Shown: positions 37,074 to 48,344 of the stretch, piece by piece
Position numbering within the stretch: position 1 is the stretch's first letter
Layout of the letters: each line of letters opens with the position of its first letter
Assembly (NCBI GenBank): GCA_050273025.1
Contig: CP158635.1
Coordinates: forward strand, 15,314,001 to 15,378,000
DNA length: 64,000 bases
DNA from: Cenococcum geophilum
Taxonomy: Eukaryota
Reading direction: 5' to 3'
The notes under the pieces: model-generated
The model's database searches: none
Seen by the model: the letters and a program-made list of their open reading frames with translations, nothing else
What the model was told of the DNA's origin: nothing
Program-made: the position numbers and the translations under genes

Positions 37074-38428
37074 CATTCTGGAAGTGTTATCTGCTGTTAA
37101 TAGGGGCCCTAGCATCTCTAAAGCGTCTACCATTTTCCCGAGTTAGTTTCCGCTGGGGCCTGACGACGTTCCGCCAGGCGATATTCCGCTAAACGCGTTA
37201 TGCTCGATAACCTGGGACAGGGCACTAGCGACAGAGCTGGCGACACAACCGGTGGTTGAACCAGTGATGGTGCAGGCGATGGAACTGGCAATAGAACCGG
37301 TGACAGAACCGGTGACAGAAGCGCCCAATGCTACCCCTAACAATCGCCCCTCGGGATTCGGTTCGCGCTTCTGGTCTTGTCTGGCGTATAAGGGAAGCTG
37401 GAGAGAAGAGGAGCGTGAAGAAGGCGTCCGGCAAATCCCAGAAACAGACTGAGGGTATATCAGAGGTATGGCCAGACCAGAGAACGGGGTCAGGGAGTTG
37501 CGGGTCCAGGACTCGAGGCCATAAGCCGTGAATTGCTTATTTCGCATGCTATCACTTGGTGTAGGCGTACAGGAATTGCATGCACTAGTTCATCGTCTAG
37601 TACGTGTCATTTGGCGGTCTCGGAGGACTCAAGATTGCGCGGCGTCTGGTATTGCTACTAGGGCCATATTCCTGAGGGCAATGCATTATTAGCTTATGGG
37701 TGGACTTTGGGGAGCATAGGATGATGCTTGGTGTGGTGTTTTTACCTTCTGGCTCTGACTTCGAAATGGAAACACATGGGACCGGGGTTGGGGCTTTGGC
37801 GGAGCATTAGGTAGCAAAGGTTGTTGAAGGAAGAAATAAGCCTTTTAAACTGGAATCTCTGCGACCCTCTGCAGAAGTTTGCACTTCCACGTGCCAGCCC
37901 AACCACTTTAACGGTGAGGTCATCCAACCACAAATATTTATATCTTACCTTACCTGTTCAAGCACATGCTCTTGACCGCAAAAAGGGCTTGGCAAGCACA
38001 AGCCATGCCGCCGCCCAAAGTTGAAGGATGAAAGCGTTAGGACGTAACCACCATCAGTCGTGAGTTTGGGTCACATTCGGAGAGGCTAGTGCTGCAAAGT
38101 TGTAATTAGAGGACATTCATACAATTGTATAGTCCTGTTTTATGGGCACACTCCACAGAGCCACTTCTCATTCAGATTGAGCAGTCAGCTTCGTGTGAAG
38201 GAATCATCAAAGAACTATCGCCCAGACGCAACACGCCGCGCTTTTCCTTACCCATAAAGAAAGCACCAGCTAAACTACCAGGTGTAGCAAACGTAATCAA
38301 TTAGCCGCCCATATAGATGTGCTGCAATCCACTCTCGTTCATTATCCGTGATCGCGAGCCACGACATTGTCGTAAGTTCGCCTACCTGCCACTACACCGC
38401 TTTTGTATTTCGACGAGGTTTGAGAGAC

Positions 38429-40187
38429 TTAGACGTTGCTATCGGTCTGATTCTCCGCTTTCTCAAGATGAGCCGTGCCCATATCACCCGCCATCTTATC
38501 GACATCAGCCCTCGTTTCCTGATCCGCAAACGTGTCATGGGGAACCCAGTTGGCGCTCGTGCGCGGCGTCGTCTCCTCGAGCATTCTATCGACCTGCTCC
38601 AGACTCAGCCCTTTGGTCTCGGGTACAAAGAAGTACGCAAAGAAGACACAGAGGGTGCAGGTGGCGCCCCAGATGAAGAAGACTTTGGACTTGAGATTGC
38701 CCTCATCTGGGTCCACCATGTACGGTGTGATTTCGCCGATGACAAAATTCCAGAGCCAGTTGGAGGCTGTGGACAGCGCGACGCCTTTGGCACGGATCGG
38801 TAGAGGGAAAATCTCGCCGATGACGACCCACGCGGCGGGGCCCCAGGTCGAGGCGAAGAAGAAAATGTAGAAGCACGTGAAGACGATCAGGCAGACGTTA
38901 GCAGCCTGCGAGCCTGAGTCGGCGGTGCCGACGATGGCGATTATGAATTCGCAGACGAGCATGCCGATGGCGCCGTAGATGAGGAGGCTGCGGCGGCCGA
39001 GCTTCTCAATGGTCCAGAAAGAGATCGGGGTTGAACAGACGTTGACGACGGTGGTAATGATGGAGATGACGAAGGAGTTCTTCAGGCCAACTTGTTGGAA
39101 AAAGGTCGTGCCGTAGTAGACTGAAAGACAGATGGTGTTAGCTGATAAGTTCGAAGCCGCATGGACCGGGTTTGGCTGGAACTAGTATTAAGAAACACTT
39201 ACAAATGAAGTTCACTCCGGTCCATTGCTGCATCATTTGCATGGCCATACCGAGGCAGACGCGACGCAGATTGCCAGAGGGTTTCCAGCCGCCACGGAAG
39301 CAGTCGAGCCAGGTGGCTCGCATATTCTCGATTTCATAGCGGTAGTTCGCAACAAGCTCGGCAAGCTCATCTTTGATGTACTGCGAGTCAACCGGCTGAC
39401 CACGAAGGACGCTAAGAGCGTGAGCAGCTTTGTCTAATTGTTCCTTCTTGACGAAGTAGCGAGGCGACTCTGGCAAAAGGAAGAGACCAGTAGCAAGTAC
39501 CAAGGCCCAGATCCATTGGATAGACATTGGAATGCGGTATGAGCCAGTATCCATGCGATTGTGAGTACCTTGATTGACACAAGATGCAAGGAGCAGGCCA
39601 ATAGTTATGGAGAATTGGTAGCCAGAGACTATAGCACCACGAACTGCCTTTGGGGCAACTTCAGACATATATAGGATGATAATTGCAGAGACGAATCCGA
39701 CACCAATTCCAGCGATCAATCGACCTGGGACGAGCAAGCCGACTGTAGCTGAGGCGACTTGAAGTATGACACCAATAGAGAAGACCATGCATCCGGCGAT
39801 GATTGTTGGCCGACGACCAATCCAATCGGCGAGAGAGCCAGCGAAGAGAGCACCGAAGAAGGTACCGCAAGACAAGATGGAGGTGATGAGGGACTTCTGC
39901 CAGGTGTCGTACAGGTAGCCATGGTAGGCACTGGGATCGGTCGAGCCAGAATCTGCGCGCAGTCAGCTTCTGTGAACAAGAGATGGTCAGAGTAAGGCAA
40001 ACTCACGGCCAAACTGCATCTTGAAATAGTTCATGCCGAGCACACCGCTAATGTATCCCGAGTCATATCCAAAGAGGATTCCGCCGAAGGCTGCGAAGGC
40101 GCATAGTAGATAGCCTCGAAGGGTAACGGGAGCTTCGACTCGGTTGAGGTCACCGGTCTGACGGTTGGAGGATGGGGCCCACTTCAT
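38429..40187 (-). CDS. Sugar porter family hexose transporter (high-affinity glucose transporter-like), 3 exons
   Basis: RVEAPVT..YLLCAFAAFGGILFGYDSGYISGV, DWIGRR, YMSEVAPKAVRGAIVSGYQF, PESPR, MQQWTGVNFI|FYYGT, WGPAAWVVIGEIFPL, PETKGLSLEQVD. Confidence 0.95.
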
Positions 40188-41323
40188 GCTGAAAATTTGC
40201 GAGGCTGTGGTGAGTATGAGAAGAGTTTGAGTTTGGAGGTAGGAAAGAATGAGAGAGACGCGATGTCCCGGGTTTTAATATTTCCTGGAGCAGCGAGGTG
40301 AATGAGGGCCATGGCCGCTAACGGAGTATAAACGGTGCAAGTGGGCATGTGAGCAAACATCGTGAAGAAAATTGATGGGGTGAAAGTTAGTGAATCCCAG
40401 TAGACAAAGCCTTGAAGCAGCTCCACACGAATTGGGATGGAAGGAATGTGTCTATCCTTATGCGGCAGCAGGAAACCGGAAACAACCCAGACTACACGCT
40501 GCGCCGACTACGATGACTTCACAGGTGGGATTGCTTCTTGAAGCCTCGCAACACGGAAATTAATTAGCAGCTAGGCATTGGGGAGGTAGCGCTGCTGTTC
40601 CATATCTTCACCGGCTGGTGGTCATCAATGCTCAGCCTTGTACTCTCGGTAAGTCTTTACTGGGACGCTTTGCAACAAACTTGAGTAGTGCTGTCGTCAG
40701 ATGAGCGAAAGACTACATGAGTCGAAGAAAGATATTTGGGATTGAGGTGAGAAAGGTGAACCAACGGAATCAAGAGAATTTTCAGTTGTCGCATCGTGGT
40801 AGGGCGGCACATTTGAGTAGTGGGGGTGCATCTTGTCTCTTCGGAGAATCACTACCTGATATATTCCGGAAGGGCATATATATCAATGGGCTGATGTTTT
40901 TGGAAATGCTTCAGAAGTAGACACGGTCGCGGGAAATGGCCGAAGCGAAGGTTTTCTGATTGGTGGTGGCAGCAGGGGACGGTCTGGGCTTTCGGGGCTT
41001 GGCTTTTGATAACGGGCCCGAGAGGGTTTCTCTTATGAACTGCCTCCAGTGTTCGGGAGACAACACCACATCTCGCTCCCCTACTCCTCTTAAACGTTGT
41101 CCTTTAAAGCAAACATGGAGAACAATTTAAGGAGAGGCATTTCGCCTCCAAAGTATCTCAATCGCCTCTCTTCCGTTACCCAAACATCCTCCAAATCTCA
41201 CGATTACGGATAAGCCCATCTGCATTATTCTTCCACCGCTTTCACATACACACTTAATATTTTTTCTTTCTTCGTTTTTATTAAAAAAAAACCCCCGCCT
41301 TTACTTGCAACTAAACTTCCATT

Positions 41324-43073
41324 ATGGGTCAAAATACCTTCTCTGTTGATTCTGACAAGACGCCTGACGAACCCTCTATGGCTGGCTCTACCAAGAACAG
41401 GCCTGCTTCCAGGCCCAAAACTACAACCGAGAAACCTTCCGACGCCTCTGAAGATGATGCCCAGTACCCTAGCATTGGGAAGCTCATACTGGTTATGCTC
41501 GCTCTCTATCTCTCAATGTTCCTTGTCGCACTTGTAAGCTAGCCCACCTTACATGTTCGAAATTCGATAGCTAACACTGGTCCAGGACAAAACTATTATC
41601 GGAACAGCAATCCCACGGATAACTGATCAGTTTCACTCCCTTGGCGACATTGGCTGGTATGGAAGTGCCTACATGCTCACAATGTGTGCCTTCCAACTTA
41701 TTTTCGGCCGTGTCTACACATTCTACTCCCCCAAATGGGTCTTTTTGGGTTGTATTGGCCTCTTTGAACTCGGTTCCGCTGTCTGTGGCGCTGCACCAAA
41801 CTCCGTTGCACTTATCATTGGCCGCGCGATTGCGGGCTGTGGCTCCTCTGGCATCTCATCCGGCACGATCGTCATTGTCATGTACACGGTGCCGCTGGAG
41901 AAACGACCTGTCTTCCAAGGCTTAATTGGCGCTGTATTTGGCGTCGCATCGGTTATCGGGCCCCTACTCGGCGGTGCATTCACCAAGCACGTTTCCTGGC
42001 GCTGGTGCTTCTACATTAATCTGCCTATAGGTGCCGTTGCGGTGCTCATTCTATTCTTTGTACTCCATCTCCCCGAGCCAACCCAACGAAATCTCTCAAC
42101 CAAAGAGAAGCTCTCTAAACTTGACCCTTTGGGAACGTTTTTCTTCCTCCCGGCCATTACCTGCCTCCTGCTCGCCCTCCAATGGGGCGGCAGCACCTAC
42201 AACTGGAAAAACGGGCGCGTCACCGCTTTGCTGGTCGTGTTTGTGGTGCTGAGCACTGCCTTCATAGCTGTGCAAATATGGAAGCAGGACACAGCAACGG
42301 TGCCACTGCGGATCATCAAACAGCGCAGCATCGCCTTTGCCATCTGCTTCTCTTTCTGTACTTCCGCATCGATGTTACTTTTCGTGTACTACATACCTAT
42401 CTGGCTCCAAGCAATCAAGGATGTCGACGCCATGAAATCCGGCATAGATGTTATCCCATTCATTCTGGCGCTTGTCACCGGCAGCATATTGGCCGGGGGT
42501 ATGGTCCAGAGACTTGGATACTACACACCCTTCATGATCGCATCCTCGGTCCTCATGTCCATCGGCGCGGGCCTGATCTCGACCTGGCAGCCGAACACGG
42601 GGCACGCCAAGTGGATCGGATACCAGGTCATCTTCGGTCTCGGCCTCGGAATTGGGATGCAGCAACCCAGCATGGCTGCGCAGGTCGTTCTTCCCAATAC
42701 AGACGTCCCCACCGGTGTGTCTCTCATGTTCTTCGCCCAGAACGTCGGCGGCGCTGTGTTCGTTTCCGTCGGGCAGAACGTCTTTGCAAACCACCTTGTC
42801 AAGGATCTCACGAAAATTGCGGGTCTCGACGCTGCGGCGGTGGTCAACACCGGCGCGACCGACCTGAGGAGGGTTGTCCCCAGCAGCTTAGTGCCGCTGG
42901 TGCTGGAGGTGTACAATCATGCGGTCCAGAATGCGTTTTACGTGGGCGTGGCTATGGCGTGTTTCAGTATTGTTGGGGCAGCGGGAGTAGAGTGGAAGAG
43001 CGTCAAGGGCAGGGGGAGACATGGTGCTCCGCCAAAGAAGGTCGAAGGAAAGAAGGGCGATGAAGCCGTGTGA
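41324..43073 (+). CDS. 14-TMS MFS drug/toxin efflux pump (DHA2 family), 2 exons
   Basis: [82 protein letters not shown]. Confidence 0.95.
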
Positions 43074-43580
43074 CCATGGTTTTACGGAAACATAGATATT
43101 AAAATGAATAGAGGAGTTATTAAGGGAAGTGAGAAGTGATGGAACCACAATATCTAGGAGTTAGTGTTTTATGTTTTCCCCCGGTCTAGAATATGAAGTG
43201 AGTTTTCTTTGGTGTATTAGCACTTTCTAAGATAGACCTACTATTCCTAAGTACTAAGGTTTCCAACTTAAGATTAATAATACCCTTACCCCCACTCAGT
43301 GCGTAAATACAAAATCTGCCTTGAATCACGGGTTGCATTTGGCGAAGCCACTGTACGGTTCGCGATTTTGTCTCACTTTTAACCCTCTGAGCTCGGACCC
43401 CTAGAACTCGGTGCGTATTACTTCAAGGGGTATAAACTCTGCCGTTTGATCACCAAGATTTACCTCAGCAAGCTCAGACCATGGAATGAATTAGCGGACA
43501 TACGCATATCCGCAAGCGGATATCGCTAACCTTTTTTGTCAAAAAGTTAATTCTATGGTCGGAGTTATCTCAGTAAGCGA

Positions 43581-43710
43581 CTCAGACGGCAAGGGCAAAC
43601 TAAAGGCGCACTCACTAATACTAAAGTATTACTAGTCTCTATCCAAAAAACGCCACTTTCTTTTAACCAATCAGCTATCTACCGACCTTAAGTTTACACT
43701 GCCGTCTGAG
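43581..43710. mobile_element. 130-bp inverted-repeat element (MITE-like)
   Basis: CTCAGACGGCAAGGGCAAACTAAAGG versus the reverse complement of 43686-43710, CTCAGACGGCAGTGTAAACTTAAGG. Confidence 0.55.
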
Positions 43711-43719
43711 GGCCTATGG

Positions 43720-45255
43720 TGCGGAACTCTATGGCGCTCAACTTTAATTTTCGCAATTTTGTATGAGAGACACTTTTACCTATATATTTAACTCCCTAAT
43801 AACACCTATTTAACCTAATAAGCTAATAAGTTAACTTAGACTAGTCTCCTCTATAATTAATTAGATTTTTATTAAAATATAAAGCTGTTAGCTAGGTAAG
43901 ATTTAGGTAGATTTTGCGACGTTTTATGACACTAGGCGAGGCTCTAGTAATACAGCGTTAAAAATTACCTTTTTTACTGCCGTATCTTGACTCTTTTATA
44001 ACATCTAGTTATTATAAAAATTACTATAAGGTAGGAGCCCTTTAGCTTCTCTATCTATTACATTAAATAACGACGTTGTAGCTATATTATATAAAATATT
44101 AGATATGGGCAGTCGGTCGTATTTTATCCAAAATACACCAAAATTACCTTTTTTACTGCCGTATCTCGACCATTTTATAACATCTAGTTATTATAAAAAT
44201 ACTATAAGGTAGAAGCTAAAGAGCTTCTCTATCTATTACATTAAATAACAATATTGTAGCTATATTATGTGGGATATTGGATATAGGCAGTCGGTCGCAC
44301 TTTATCTAAACTTATTACTTTAAATCTCATAAGTCGACCCAAAAAAGTCACTTTACGTTTTTCCACCTGTAATTTTAACAATTTACTTTTATACTATAGG
44401 GTTTTTATATAAATATTTTTAAAAATACGTTATTTAGGGTAAAAGTAGGGCAGTAGAAAAGGTGGGAAAGAGATAAATTAATTTACACCCCCACAACAGC
44501 TATCATCTCAGAAATACCGTTAAATTGATCCGCAGAAGCAGCTCTATAATCGATGAGTATATCCACTCAGTACGCCTCCACGATATCTAGTAGAAAGCGC
44601 CGCCGAATGGGCGATTCGCCTGCTCAGGGTTTGCACGAAGCTCTTCACGAAGCTTTGCACGAAGCTCCGCACAAAGCTCTGCATACGGAGGCTCTGCACG
44701 AGGCTCTGCACGAAGCTCTGCACGAATCTCTGCGTACGGAGGCTCTGCATGAAGCTCTGCACGAAGCTCTGCACGAAGCTCTGCATACGGAGGCTCTGCA
44801 CAACGGCTCTGCGTACGACGGTTCTGCGTACGACGGCTCTACTACGGAGGCTCTATATAAAAGCTTTGTGCAGAGCCTCCGTACGCAGAGCTTCGTGCAG
44901 AGCTTTTATACACGGAGCCTCTGTACGGCCTACCCAAGTAATAACTACCTAAGGTTCTTTAGGGTAGCAATTATAGATTTATATAGGTTTTATATATATT
45001 AGCTAACGTTTACTGGCGTTGAATAAAATTATATAGAGCTTACGCTCTTAACAACGCGGTTTTTTTTTAACGAAAATAAGCATAAGACCTAAAAATACCT
45101 AAGCAATAAAAATAATATATTCTAAAAGCCAAGGTTCTATTATATAATCGATAAACTTTGGGAAATAATATAAAATACTGGTGTTGAGTTATTTTAATAT
45201 CCGCAACCTCCGCAACGCGGATATCGTTTACGCGCTTTTTTTTTTTTTTTTTTTT
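43720..45255 (+). mobile_element. RIP-like degenerate element end with two ~180-bp tandem repeats and a truncated ORF containing a 12-bp minisatellite
   Basis: 43960-44130 is repeated at 44141-44310. The ORF at 44553 reads MSISTQYASTISSRKRRRMGD followed by (ALHE)n from GCTCTGCACGAA repeats. A T20 run lies at 45236-45255. Confidence 0.55.
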
Positions 45256-46045
45256 GAAATCATACACCGTTTTAGCTGCCCTAAGGGCGCCATGCCGGGT
45301 CTTCTATTTTACAGAGGTAGATCCTAGGTAATCACCCGTCTCATCTACAGCAGTGATTCCGTGAGGCCCTCATCCGCCTGTCTTACGCGCTTTACAAATG
45401 TTGCGAATCACGCTCAGACGTGATTCCGGTGGTTTCGCACAAATGTAGTTAGAGGTGCCGACGGGCTCGTGCACGCTACGGGCTCATGCACGGTTTGATC
45501 ACGCATCATCACCAAGTTCAAAAATTCACAACTCCACCAAATATTTATAGATTTCTACCAAATTAAAATCTGAGAGTCTTTTGGTGTTGCGCTTTTATTC
45601 TATCGTGATTATAGAGTCGCCATGCCATTTGGGGGGGTTGCGCATTTGTTGAGGCCGCCTAGAGGCCGCCTTTACAACCCCATCCTCTACCTCGTACTCC
45701 TCCTTAATAGAAGTCTCCTCCGGAATAGTGAATATAACCTACTTAACCTTCTGCCTCTCCTATATTAATCTTCTCTCTGCTTTTAGCTATATATTAAACT
45801 CTTATATAAAGCGAACCTCGTCTATAAGGCGCTTTTTCTCTTACTTAGTATCCTCCTTATGCTTTTACTTAGTAGCTTTACTAGCCTTTGTTATTTTATT
45901 AATTCTTTGCTTATTTTCCTTCGCTAGCCACCTCCGCACCTTATCCTTTACTTTACAAACTATATTAGCTTCCTTAATATCCTCTTTCTCTTAATAGAGC
46001 TCTTAGGCCTCCTATACCTTATTAGGTAAGTAAACAATAGCTCTA

Positions 46046-46266
46046 ACGTACCCGACCACCAAGTGGCGAACACCACCAAAAACACGACGCGTCTGCAACT
46101 ACTATTGAAATGGCCACACCACAACAACAAGAAGCATTACACAGAAAGGGCAGATTAATTCTAGCTCTCCAGGCCTACAAGCAGGGCCAAACTAATTCCC
46201 TTAACACCGCCGCGATATTGTAGGTTCGCCACATGGTGGTATTCGCCACTTGGTGGTCGGGTACGT
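46046..46266 (+). mobile_element. Internally deleted Fot1-type element / MITE (221 bp) nested in the pogo element
   Basis: TIR ACGTACCCGACCACCAAGTGGCGAA at both ends with a TA TSD. It retains a transposase N-terminus: MATPQQQEALHRKGRLILALQAYKQGQTNSLNTAA. Confidence 0.9.
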
Positions 46267-46759
46267 TACCACCTTTATTTAATGCTAGAATCTAAAAGAG
46301 ATTCTTTTACCTCTTTCTCTTCCTTTATTTTATCTTAAAAGCTTCCTAATAGCCTTAAATGCGGTTTTAAAGAAGTATATTAGTCGCTATAAGCTTATAA
46401 ATATTAAGGGTGAGAGCCTTTACCCGTCTATTAGTCTTAGATTAAACTACGTCCTCTACTACCTATTTTAGCTAGGTTTTTATCTTCTTCTAGTTACTAG
46501 CTATAAGGATTAAGCCTATAGAGTTACTAGAAGATAGTCTCTCTTTATCTTTTTCCTTTTTAGCGTTAAATTGCTCTAATACCGTATTAGGGTCCTATAG
46601 GTGTATACTGGTCTTTTTTTATCTACTAGCTATATTCTTTAGCGTTATAGCCTTCTCCTATACTACCTAAAAGGTCCTAAAGAAGTCTCTCTTTGTAAAG
46701 CGTAAGAGTCCTTTATAATTTATAAGGAACTGGTTTAATTTATCCGAATAATAAATAGC

Positions 46760-46942
46760 TATTACGGCACCGTAACGGACCTAGTTAGGGGGCTCGCTTA
46801 AGCCTTGGCATATGTATATAAACGTGTCCTTTTCTACCTTTTGCTTCTTATCTTAATATCTAAGTCTATAGACTATTAATTGTACGGGCTTATATACGTT
46901 CTTTACGGCGCTCGTGCCTTAATTAACTAAGTCGCTATAATA
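46760..46942. mobile_element. Solo LTR (183 bp) nested in the pogo transposase
   Basis: Ends TATTACGG...CTATAATA (RIP forms of TGTTAC...GTAACA), with 5-bp TSD ATAGC/ATGGC. Removing it rejoins SLFSPLA|IYYSDKLNQFL of the transposase. Confidence 0.75.
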
Positions 46943-48344
46943 ATGGCTAGAGGAGAGAAGAGAGAGATGTCTAAAGGCTAAAGCCGGTGAGTTAAATGAG
47001 GAGGATAGATAGCTAGGAGAATCCTATAGTTGTTGTAATACTTAATAAACTTTATATTTATATAAAAACCATAGCCATTAATAATAAGAAGCCTTTAATC
47101 TCTTTTAGCCTTTACCTTTATCTCTCTATTAAAGATCTTTAACTATTAAAGGTTAAGGCTGTTATTGGTCTATCTAGAAGGTATTAAGGTAAAGAAGTAG
47201 TTATATTTATTAGGGTTAAAATCCTCTAGCTATATGTCTTAGATATTATTTAATATAGCTTAATAGATAAGAGTTAGTATAAGTGCTATTTGGTCTACGT
47301 AGATAGCTGCTACTACTATAATTTACTCTCTATTTCTATTTTAAATAATATTTTACATTCTTCCTAACTTAAAGGCACTCCTACTAAAGATCCTCTACTT
47401 CTTTTTTATATAACTGATAAGGAAGCCCTTTTTATTTATGTTCTAAGTATTACCTAGCTTAATATTATATTCCTTTATCTTTTGTCCTAAGAGCTTAAAG
47501 TAAAGGCTGTAATATAGCGCTAAATCAGCCCTCTTCCTAGATTTATTAATAGGAAGAAGGTATCCTAATTAGAGTATTTTTAATTTCTATTTAACCCAGC
47601 GTAAAGCCTAGTTAATTTCTAGCATTCTTTTAGCTATTTCTAAGGCTAGATTTTACACCATCTAATATAAAGGGGGCAGCCCTATTTTAAATAAGTCGTT
47701 AATATAATTAATAAGAGCCCTCTCCTGCCTAGGGGTAAGAATTTTTTAAGAATTGTAGCCATTAACCTTGCTGCCCGTCTTTCCATTAAATTGCTTTAAG
47801 AGGGTGCTTTGGTTAACCCCATGCTTATCTGCCATAGCCTGGATATTTTTTTTCTCTTAGAGGTGAAGCTCCGCGACCGCATCTTTAATTTTACCCATTT
47901 TTTATTGAAATCTATTGAAAATTGGTGGAGTTGTGTGCGTCGCAAGATGAGCGGTGAGGGTTGATGAGCGTGCACGAGCCCGTAGCGTGCACGAGCCCGT
48001 CGTGACCTCTAGTCGGCTTGCGGACCGATTGAAAATCCGCACCAACGGAATTACGTCTGAGCCTGCTGAGCCAGTACAATGCCGCCACGTTGGATGCCTC
48101 AGAGCCTTAGGTTTCTAGGCAGATGCGCTCATGTCGAACGAACTCGTGTGTAGGTTGATCTACGAAGAAAATGAGACGGTGTATGAGTCAAAGGCACCCT
48201 TGATCTAACCCTAATATAGTAGTGATCGGCACCAGGTCGACAGCCCAGCCTTTCTGTTTCTCATGTATGATTGTACATAAGATTCCATACTAGCGATCTA
48301 ATTTTGTCTCAACTGTATGCCAATGTTAATTCATTAGATACAGA

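Larger units (their letters stand above)
45452..48009 (-). mobile_element. pogo/Fot1-type (Tc1/mariner superfamily) DNA transposon, RIP-inactivated, carrying two nested insertions
   Basis: ~41-bp TIRs GAGGT(GC/CA)CGACGGGCTCGTGCACGCTACGGGCTC(A/G)TGCACG and a TA TSD. The minus strand reads MGKIKDAVAELHL*EKKNIQAMADKHGVNQSTL (HTH), T*NINKKGF (consensus NMDEKGF) and LLIINGYGFY (consensus LLIxDGHGSH). Confidence 0.92.

Noticed and set aside
42182..43063. 293-aa alternative-frame ORF within the MFS gene
   Set aside because: Frame shadow caused by high GC at third codon positions.
48204..48214. CTAACCCTAA, resembling a telomerase template or telomere repeat
   Set aside because: An isolated 1.5 repeats about 130 bp upstream of the HET gene, with no room or evidence for a telomerase RNA.
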